Positions 8,793 through 14,781 of a stretch of DNA of 64,000 nucleotides are shown one piece after another. This DNA comes from a virus (lineage: Duplodnaviria; Caudoviricetes). The stretch spans positions 1 through 64,000 of the IMG/VR virus record IMGVR_UViG_3300037466_003648, one strand, 5' to 3'. Position numbers and translations under genes: made by a program. Under the pieces are notes generated by a model. That model worked only from the letters and a program-made list of their open reading frames with translations, was not told where the DNA came from and searched no databases. Within the stretch, counting starts at the first letter, position 1. Every line of letters begins with the position of its first letter.

Positions 8793-10027
8793 TCGCCCTC
8801 GTCCTGGCCGCGGCCTTCGGTACGCTCGCAGGACTGCTGTCCGCGCTGCCGGGGCTGCACATCTCCATCCTGCTCATCGGGGCGTTGCCCCTGCTGGGTG
8901 TCAACGGGCCAGTGGGTGCCGTGGTGTTGGTCACGGCCATCGGATCGGGTCTGATCGCGAGCAACCTCGCCAAGACCTTTCACCCGGCCACGGCCGACAC
9001 CATCCGCTCGGCCACACCCGAGCAAATTCTTGCATATCGGGGGGACGGTCTCAAAGCGGTGGGCATCCAGCATCAGGCGGTGTGGGCAGGCGTCCTCACC
9101 GTTCTGATGCTGGCCGCTGTTTTGCTGCCGTTGCGCACCCTGATCGGGACCGGCTTCGCTGCCGTGATCACCATGGTCACCGGCTGGTTGGTCCTGCCCC
9201 TGCTGCTCCTGTTCACGGGGCTGGTCGTGCGCCAGGCGAAGCACAAACTTCCCACGGTGGCGGTCATCATCCTGGCAACAGGGCTGGGGTTCTACACCCT
9301 CAACTGTGCTGCCCTCACGGGCAACCACAACGCGCTCGCCCCTCTTTTGGGTGGCGGCTTCGCGCTTCCCGCGCTTGCGATGGTCGTGCTCCATCGCGGA
9401 AGGGTCCAACCCTTCCCCAAACAGCGTGTGGTCAACAGCGCTGCGAAGCCTGCCCCCGAACAAGTGTGGGGCGCGCTCGGTGGGATCGCGACGGCGCTGA
9501 CCGCGGGCTTGGGCTCCGGCGGCGCCGTCTCGGTCTTCGCCGACCAGGTCAACCACGAAGAGTACCTGGGCATGCACACCGCATCGGAAGCCGCGAACCA
9601 TGTGTTCGCCGTGCTCCTCTTCATCCTGGTTGGGACGACCCACTCGGGTACCGGCGTTGCCTTGCGGCAACAACTGGTGAGTCCCGGCCTCGCCATGAGC
9701 TTGCTGCTCCTCGTCGCGCTGGCGTTGAGCACGTTCGTGGCGCACTACGTTGCACAACAAGTAGTAGGGAGGTACGTATCATGCATTGGTAGGATTCCCC
9801 AACGGTCGGCCGCGATGGTCATCACCGTTGTGACCTTGGCACTGCTCTTCACCGAGACCGGCCTGGCAGGGATCGCTGTTGCGATCGCCGCTGCCGCGTT
9901 GGGCTGGTGTGCCAAGACAAACTTCGTTCCGAACCAGGCGATGACTTTCACCCTCACGGGTCCGGTCCTCGTCTACCATCTGGGTCTCTCCGGGTGGCTG
10001 GCATCGGTTCTCCACGTCCTCCATTGA
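8789..10027 (+). CDS. TctA-family (tripartite tricarboxylate transporter large subunit, COG1784-like) polytopic membrane protein
   Basis: About 10-12 hydrophobic helices; PGLH near the N-terminus; TIRSATPEQILAYRGDGLKAV, LAPLLGGGFAL and EEY...AANHVFAVLLFILVGTTHSG resemble TctA conserved blocks. Confidence 0.72.
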   Translation: MIALVLAAAFGTLAGLLSALPGLHISILLIGALPLLGVNGPVGAVVLVTAIGSGLIASNLAKTFHPATADTIRSATPEQILAYRGDGLKAVGIQHQAVWAGVLTVLMLAAVLLPLRTLIGTGFAAVITMVTGWLVLPLLLLFTGLVVRQAKHKLPTVAVIILATGLGFYTLNCAALTGNHNALAPLLGGGFALPALAMVVLHRGRVQPFPKQRVVNSAAKPAPEQVWGALGGIATALTAGLGSGGAVSVFADQVNHEEYLGMHTASEAANHVFAVLLFILVGTTHSGTGVALRQQLVSPGLAMSLLLLVALALSTFVAHYVAQQVVGRYVSCIGRIPQRSAAMVITVVTLALLFTETGLAGIAVAIAAAALGWCAKTNFVPNQAMTFTLTGPVLVYHLGLSGWLASVLHVLH

Positions 10028-10146
10028 GCGACAAGCGAGTATTAAACCGATCCGCACCAACGCGTCCAAGACGTGAGACCAGGAGCACGTAACAACAGGT
10101 GCTCTCCAAATGGCTGTGCAAGCGCGGTGAGATGCCGTGCAACCTT

Positions 10147-10180
10147 GGTTGGGTGGTTGGGTAGGTTGGGCCGTGGTTGG
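10147..10180 (+). repeat. four GGTTGG units (G-quadruplex-like or promoter-like tract)
   Basis: GGTTGGGTGGTTGGGTAGGTTGGGCCGTGGTTGG in an intergenic region. Confidence 0.6.
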
Positions 10181-10245
10181 CCTCTTGTAGGGCGATCCCA
10201 TCGGAGGGGTCGGCCACGCGGCGAGATGCCGTTACGGGAGACACC

Positions 10246-10635
10246 ATGACCAACCAGCAACCCTTCATCCCGGCGGTGTTGGTAAACACTGCCAAGCTGC
10301 GCGAGTTAGCTCTTGAGCGAGCTGGCACAGTTGCCGATCAGCCGGTGACCCTGCTCGAACGAGTGGTGGTTGCGATCTTGGTGAACCGAGAAGTCAAGAG
10401 CCCGACGCATCCCTTGATGGATACCATGCGCGAGGACTTGCAGACCTGGAACATCCCCAAGTACACGGCCCTGGTGGGTTGGTTGGCTCCCTACTCGCTG
10501 GTCTCCCAGTACCCGTCTGCGGTCAGCCGCGTTGCCCAGTACCTGCTGGGCACGACACGGGATCTGGAGCACGCCAGCATCGACTGGGAAGCCGTCCGGT
10601 ACCACTACCCTCAACTCAAGCCGCCCATCTGGTAG
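10246..10635 (+). CDS. hypothetical protein
   Basis: SD GGGAG, ATG 10246. Confidence 0.65.
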   Translation: MTNQQPFIPAVLVNTAKLRELALERAGTVADQPVTLLERVVVAILVNREVKSPTHPLMDTMREDLQTWNIPKYTALVGWLAPYSLVSQYPSAVSRVAQYLLGTTRDLEHASIDWEAVRYHYPQLKPPIW

Positions 10636-10691
10636 GTGGGCGCACTTGTCACGTCGGTTACATCCCTCCGATGCTCGAAAGGAGCTACCCC

Positions 10692-11252
10692 ATGACCACG
10701 CGTTCCACCCGCACCGCCAACACCGGCACCGAGATCGTCAAGGAGTCGGCCGAGAACATCGAGGCTGCCCCTGCCACCGACGGCCAGGTTGCCGCCACCG
10801 AGAAGGACGCCGAGAAGAAGGCGCCCGGCCCCAACGCCTACGTGGGCAACATCATGCACCTCAAGCGCGAGACCAAGTCCACCGGCAAGGCGTACGCCTT
10901 GGTGATGGTGCGCTTCGTCAACGGCCAGGAGATCGCGCAGAAGGCCGTGCAGGTCTTCCCGCGCACCGAAGGCTTCACCAGCCAGGTCGGCGACATGTTC
11001 GGCTTCGAGGCCAAGCGCCTCGTGGAAGCCTACGACAACGACGACAAGCCGATGAAGCTGGAGGACGGCACGCCCGTCTACCGCGCGTCCGGCGTGGGTC
11101 CCGAGCTGAAGCACTTCACGGTGCGGGCGACCGGCAAGGCCGCCAGCGTGGAGCCGACCGGCGAGATCAAGTCCAACGGCTTGCGCGAGCGCCTGGCGAA
11201 GGCGTCCCCGCTCATGGCCAAGTTCTTGGGTGTCAAGTTCGAGAACTCGTAA
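10692..11252 (+). CDS. hypothetical protein, possibly SSB/OB-fold-like
   Basis: SD GAAAGGAG; very strong codon bias; fold is a guess. Confidence 0.75.
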   Translation: MTTRSTRTANTGTEIVKESAENIEAAPATDGQVAATEKDAEKKAPGPNAYVGNIMHLKRETKSTGKAYALVMVRFVNGQEIAQKAVQVFPRTEGFTSQVGDMFGFEAKRLVEAYDNDDKPMKLEDGTPVYRASGVGPELKHFTVRATGKAASVEPTGEIKSNGLRERLAKASPLMAKFLGVKFENS

Positions 11253-11262
11253 GCTCCACCTT

Positions 11263-11292
11263 GAGTAGGGTCGTGGTAACATGACCCTACTC
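11263..11292 (+). terminator. 13-bp hairpin with GUAA tetraloop before the tRNA array
   Basis: GAGTAGGGTCGTG-GTAA-CATGACCCTACTC. Confidence 0.55.
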
Positions 11293-11302
11293 TCCTCTTC
11301 AA

Positions 11303-11374
11303 GCCTGGCGAGTCAGTGAGGAACGACATGCGGTTGAAACCCGCAGGGACCACGTTCGAGTCGTGGGCCAGGCA
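11303..11374 (+). tRNA. trnF: tRNA-Phe(GAA), CCA not encoded
   Basis: Acceptor GCCTGGC/GCCAGGC, D-stem GTC/GAC, anticodon arm TGCGG-TTGAAAC-CCGCA, T-arm CCACG-TTCGAGT-CGTGG; G instead of U at position 8. Confidence 0.8.
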
Positions 11375-11380
11375 CTAGAT

Positions 11381-11433
11381 CACTCTGTACCAACTAATCT
11401 CCTTCGGGAGGGCAGGTGGGCTCCTACAGAGTG
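11381..11433 (+). ncRNA. 53-nt long hairpin with cUUCGg apex between tRNAs
   Basis: CACTCTGTA/TACAGAGTG basal stem; TCTCC-TTCG-GGAGG apex. Confidence 0.45.
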
Positions 11434-11445
11434 GTCGACCTTCAT

Positions 11446-11521
11446 GGGTAGGTGGTCCAGTAAGCAGGACGCGAGTGTGAAAAGCTCGGGGCACCGTGTG
11501 CAATTCCGGTCCTACCCACCA
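11446..11521 (+). tRNA. atypical tRNA, anticodon GAA (Phe), with encoded CCA
   Basis: Acceptor GGGTAGG/CCTACCC-A-CCA, D-stem GTCC/GGAC, CGAGT-GTGAAAA-GCTCG; G32 and a non-canonical T-arm (ACCGTGTGCAATTCCGGT). Confidence 0.6.
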
Positions 11522-11524
11522 TTT

Positions 11525-11598
11525 CCTCGGGACGCCGAAGGTCGGCAGGCGCTACCAGAACATGCGCCCTCTAGGTGGTTCGATTCCATCCCCGAGGA
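11525..11598 (+). ncRNA. tRNA-like RNA with an expanded 11-nt anticodon loop
   Basis: Acceptor CCTCGGG/CCCGAGG-A, D-arm GCCG-AAGGT-CGGC, stem GGCGC/GCGCC around TACCAGAACAT, T-arm GGTGG-TTCGATT-CCATC. Confidence 0.65.
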
Positions 11599-11612
11599 CT
11601 TACACAACTCAC

Positions 11613-11783
11613 GGGCGTGTCAGCACCCTATCCGGCGGGTGCACCCGTGTCGTGACCCTAGCAGGATGACACCCTGCGAAGGTCTAAGCTACACTGTCCC
11701 AGGCGGTGTGAAAGCCGTGTTCTGGGGTGTTAACAGCGTAGTGATGGCACGGGAGGTGGCGGGTTCAAATCCCGTCGCGCCCA
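11613..11783 (+). ncRNA. tRNA-like RNA whose anticodon loop is replaced by a ~90-nt two-hairpin domain
   Basis: Acceptor GGGCGTG/CGCGCCC-A, 6-bp D-stem GCACCC/GGGTGC, 10-bp stem CCCGTGTCGT/ATGGCACGGG, variable AGGTG, T-arm GCGGG-TTCAAAT-CCCGT. Confidence 0.7.
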
Positions 11784-11792
11784 CCCCTTTCT

Positions 11793-11941
11793 CTGGAAGT
11801 AGCTCAGCGGTAGAGCACGCGCATTTCGCCCATAGCTCAGTGGTAGAGCGCACCCCAGTTAAGGGTGAGGTCCCCGGTTCGAATCCGGGTGGGCGAGCCA
11901 ACGGCGCGCGGGGCGGTGGTTCAAGTCCATCCTTCCAGACC
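11793..11941 (+). ncRNA. split (outer) tRNA body enclosing tRNA-Asn in its anticodon loop
   Basis: 5' half CTGGAAG-TA-GCTC-AGCGGTA-GAGC-A-CGCGC (11793-11822); 3' half GCGCG-GGGC-GGTGG-TTCAAGT-CCATC-CTTCCAG-A (11906-11939); all stems pair across the insert. Confidence 0.7.
11826..11900 (+). tRNA. trnN: tRNA-Asn(GTT) with encoded CCA; A instead of U at position 33
   Basis: Acceptor TCGCCCA/TGGGCGA-G-CCA, D-arm GCTC-AGTGGTA-GAGC, CACCC-CAGTTAA-GGGTG, T-arm CCCGG-TTCGAAT-CCGGG. Confidence 0.9.
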
Positions 11942-12051
11942 TTTTGAACCTTGGGGGTTGAGAGCCCCGAGCGTGCGGCTGCAGCGTCACGAAGCGGCAA
12001 GTCCGCTGGTCACCGAGATCTCTAGGTGGACCAGCACCAGGACGGCAACGG

Positions 12052-12093
12052 GGTGGGGAGTGCCCAGACGTGGGTCCCCACCGCTTTGTTTTT
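12052..12093 (+). terminator. intrinsic terminator ending the tRNA transcript
   Basis: GGTGGGGA...CCCA-GACG-TGGG-TCCCCACC followed by GCTTTGTTTTT. Confidence 0.55.
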
Positions 12094-12247
12094 CGGGCGG
12101 CGCGCCATCGATACAGTCACGACCTGTGCCAGTGTCACCGGTGCAGCGATGGGCTTCTTTTGTGTGGCTTCGAGCCTTTAATGTGCTTCTAGCGTGCATC
12201 TACAGGCTCGATCCGTGTCAGAAGAGCCTTGTTGCTGCAGGGGTGGG

Positions 12248-12267
12248 CTAGTGTCATTTGACACTAG
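12248..12267. promoter_or_regulatory. operator/iteron-like inverted repeat CTAGTGTCA-TT-TGACACTAG
   Basis: Perfect 9-bp arms; same TGACA core as the neighbouring repeats. Confidence 0.55.
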
Positions 12268-12296
12268 CTTTGGCACTGCCAAGTATGGTAGACTCG

Positions 12297-12332
12297 AAAA
12301 AGAAGAGCGATCCCGTTGCCGCGGGATCGCTC
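12297..12332 (-). terminator. intrinsic terminator oriented for minus-strand transcription
   Basis: GAGCGATCCCG-N6-CGGGATCGCTC preceded on + by AAAAAGAA, which is the U-tract on the minus strand. Confidence 0.5.
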
Positions 12333-12370
12333 GGTGACAGAACCTACCTCGGACGAACAAGGTGACCTTG

Positions 12371-12934
12371 ATGCTACCACAGAACAACAGGGGTGACAAG
12401 CCCTATGACGTTCCACGGAACCTGCAGTCCAACTACACCAACATCCACTGGGACAAGTTGCCTCCGGGAGCTGTGGCGGTGTTGTCACTGGGTAGTGACA
12501 CTGCTAACTTCGAGACGTTGTACTACTTGGCAGCGTGTATGGCACGTCTACCAGGTCGACACCGACCCCGTGTCGAAGCTGCATTGGATCTTTGGGTAGC
12601 GGGCAACAAACGCCTCGAACCCCTAGTGACACCTGCAGTACGTCGTGCGTTCGAGACGGTCTTCGCCAACAGCAAAGGAGCACCCCCTGTGTCCAAGAAT
12701 CTCACCGCTAATGAGAAACGTATCTTCGCGGCCCTGACTAATCTTCAGCCATCGCCCCACGAGATCTTCGAGGTTAGCTATAAGCAAATCGCGGAAGAAT
12801 CTGGTGTTCCCATAAGGAGCGTGATTAGGTCCGTCAAGAAGATGGCAGAGGTGCGGGGTGCCATCGAGATGGCTCCACCAGAACCCGGTAATCCGCACGC
12901 CAGCAACGCTTACAGGATTCCCGAGGAAAAGTAG
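12371..12934 (+). CDS. winged-HTH DNA-binding protein, replication-initiator-like
   Basis: C-terminal SYKQIAEESGVPIRSVIRSVKKMAEVRGAIE followed by a wing ending SNAYRI; lower GC than flanking genes; start could be GTG 12362. Confidence 0.65.
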   Translation: MLPQNNRGDKPYDVPRNLQSNYTNIHWDKLPPGAVAVLSLGSDTANFETLYYLAACMARLPGRHRPRVEAALDLWVAGNKRLEPLVTPAVRRAFETVFANSKGAPPVSKNLTANEKRIFAALTNLQPSPHEIFEVSYKQIAEESGVPIRSVIRSVKKMAEVRGAIEMAPPEPGNPHASNAYRIPEEK

Positions 12935-13009
12935 CAGTGACAAAGCCAGTGTCATTTGACAGAGGGGGTTTGTGAAGACCCCTTAACTTTGACACTGGCT
13001 TTGTCACTG
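12935..13009. repeat. cruciform: perfect 20-bp inverted repeat with 35-nt spacer
   Basis: CAGTGACAAAGCCAGTGTCA (12935-12954) is the exact reverse complement of TGACACTGGCTTTGTCACTG (12990-13009). Confidence 0.8.
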
Positions 13010-13178
13010 GGTAGCAGTCCTGGAGATCCTGTGTGGGTGCGGGCCTACAGGCTTAACTTGACAGAAATATGGGGTTGCATACAAGATCCCATTGGTAGCC
13101 GGAGGCGGTCTGTGGGAGAGGCAATGCTGTAACCCTGACCTAGGGATCGAACCTCCGGCACCCACCTGCCAACTTCTT

Positions 13179-13214
13179 AGAGCCCCTGACACTGCTGCTA
13201 GTGTCAGGGGCTCT
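13179..13214. repeat. perfect 15-bp inverted repeat with 6-nt loop
   Basis: AGAGCCCCTGACACT-GCTGCT-AGTGTCAGGGGCTCT. Confidence 0.8.
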
Positions 13215-13378
13215 CACTGTCTGTCACTACCCAACCACCGCCTCAATCTTGTAGATCCCGGCCAGATACCACTCACTTCCGTCCAACCCACGCCTACTGA
13301 CAGCATGTGCAAGTTCATGCGATCATGTGTCACATGTCGACGTTACCCCACTGCCAACCACCCAGAAAGGAATTGCTC

Positions 13379-13714
13379 GTGCTGACCGACCCCGAACGTG
13401 AAGCCATGGTCTACACGCTCGTCGCCGAGCACAAGTTCACCTTCAAGAAGGTAGCGAACCTCATGGGCTGCTCACCGCCTACTGCCAGCAGGCGCTACTT
13501 CGCTCACGTCACACGGCTAGCCGAACAGGAAGCACGAGAGAAGCGGGCAGAAGCCAGGCGCCTCCGCGAGCAACGCTTGGCAGACGCGCCGCTGACACCT
13601 GCCGAACTTCAGGAGCACATCCTCAAAGCCGACCTGGCCTTCGCACAGACCACGCTCAGGCAGGCAGCGTACATTCACCACTTCCTCACGGCAGCTACTG
13701 CCAAGTCAGACTGA
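13379..13714 (+). CDS. HTH protein (sigma-70 region-4-like)
   Basis: SD GAAAGGA; LTDPEREAMV...FTFKKVANLMGCSPPTASRRY. Confidence 0.6.
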   Translation: MLTDPEREAMVYTLVAEHKFTFKKVANLMGCSPPTASRRYFAHVTRLAEQEAREKRAEARRLREQRLADAPLTPAELQEHILKADLAFAQTTLRQAAYIHHFLTAATAKSD

Positions 13715-13823
13715 CTGTCACTGGTGCGCTCGCGGTCTATCAGGCTGGACCTAGACCTTGCTCACGGCGCGGCGGCAATCACGCCGTGCACCTGTTCGCG
13801 CAGGTGGAGCGCACCACTGACAG
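13715..13823. other. four-way cloverleaf inverted-repeat structure
   Basis: 16/17-bp closing stem CTGTCACTGGTGCGCTC/GAGCGCACCACTGACAG enclosing GGTCTA/TAGACC, CACGGCG/CGCCGTG and CACCTG/CAGGTG hairpins. Confidence 0.7.
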
Positions 13824-13861
13824 CCACTACCCAACTACCACCCCGCCGAAAGGAGCCACCG

Positions 13862-14113
13862 ATGTCCGACGCCTACAACTACCTGTTGCGGTTCCGTGAC
13901 CCCATCAACGGCGAACGTCTGGAGTTCAAGATTGGATCTGACCGCCAGGTCTGCACGAGTGAAGCCGTGCGCTTGAAGCTGGACCACGGTCATCCCTACA
14001 ACGATTCGTTGGTGTTCATCGGTGCCATCGGCGGTCCCGGCAGCACTGAGAAGCACATTGTCCTCCACGGGACCCTCATCGCCGACTCGACCCCAGTATG
14101 GTTGAACGAATAG
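13862..14113 (+). CDS. hypothetical protein
   Basis: GCCGAAAGGAGCC RBS, ATG 13862. Confidence 0.7.
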   Translation: MSDAYNYLLRFRDPINGERLEFKIGSDRQVCTSEAVRLKLDHGHPYNDSLVFIGAIGGPGSTEKHIVLHGTLIADSTPVWLNE

Positions 14114-14190
14114 GAGCCACCCATGCCTCGCCCCACGAGCCGTATGACCCGCGAGCAGTTCATCGAGAACCTGCACCAAAGGAGCAACCC

Positions 14191-14388
14191 GTGATCATCC
14201 ACCTCAAGACCCTCATCGATGTCGCCTGCGTCATAGCCGCCCTTGCTGGGCTTAGTTGGCTCACAGTAGGTCTCACCAGTGTAGGCGAGTATGGCTACAA
14301 GACGGCCATCTTCATCGGGATTGTCCTGTTGGGTGGGGCGTTCTTCGTGACGGCCTTAACGATGGGGATCATCACCTTCGTCTGGTAA
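14191..14388 (+). CDS. small two-TM membrane protein
   Basis: SD AAAGGAG, GTG start, two hydrophobic segments. Confidence 0.6.
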   Translation: MIIHLKTLIDVACVIAALAGLSWLTVGLTSVGEYGYKTAIFIGIVLLGGAFFVTALTMGIITFVW

Positions 14389-14421
14389 CCATCAGCATCC
14401 ACCGAAAGGAGCCCACCCACT

Positions 14422-14781
14422 GTGCCCACTCCCACCATTCCCCAACACAACCCCGAAGCTGTTCGCACCTGGCTGAAGGCCATCAAGACCGGCCTCTACA
14501 CCAAGCGCGACACCGAGCTGGTGGCCGACATCGACCCCACCGACCTGCGCTGCTGCAGCTTGGGCGTTGTCTACAAGGCGGGCTTGATGCCTACCACGCC
14601 TTTCAAGAACACCGCAGACCTGAACACGGACGGCTACACCAACATCCGGTACTACCTGGACATCACCAGCGACACGCTTTGCAGCATCATGCTCTACAGC
14701 GACAATACGGCCCGAACGTTCGAGGACGTGGTCGCCTTCTGTCGCAAGTTGTTCAATGTCCAACAAGGAGACTTGGTATGA
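14422..14781 (+). CDS. hypothetical protein
   Basis: CCGAAAGGAG RBS, GTG start. Confidence 0.7.
   Translation: MPTPTIPQHNPEAVRTWLKAIKTGLYTKRDTELVADIDPTDLRCCSLGVVYKAGLMPTTPFKNTADLNTDGYTNIRYYLDITSDTLCSIMLYSDNTARTFEDVVAFCRKLFNVQQGDLV

Noticed and set aside
11613-11783. Possible tmRNA, tRNA-Sec, group I intron or hammerhead/twister ribozyme
   Set aside because: No G3-U70 pair or tag-reading frame (tmRNA); no UCA anticodon or long variable arm (Sec); the insert is too short and shows no P7 core (group I); no CUGANGA/GAAA core or convincing twister consensus
11363-12251. ORFs 11363-11947, 11689-12000 and 11865-12251
   Set aside because: They overlap the tRNA array and structured RNA, have no RBS and lack coding bias
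13058-13086. TTGACA at 13058 as a sigma-70 promoter
   Set aside because: No acceptable -10 hexamer at 16-18 nt (ACAAGA/TACAAG); more likely one of the TGACA repeats
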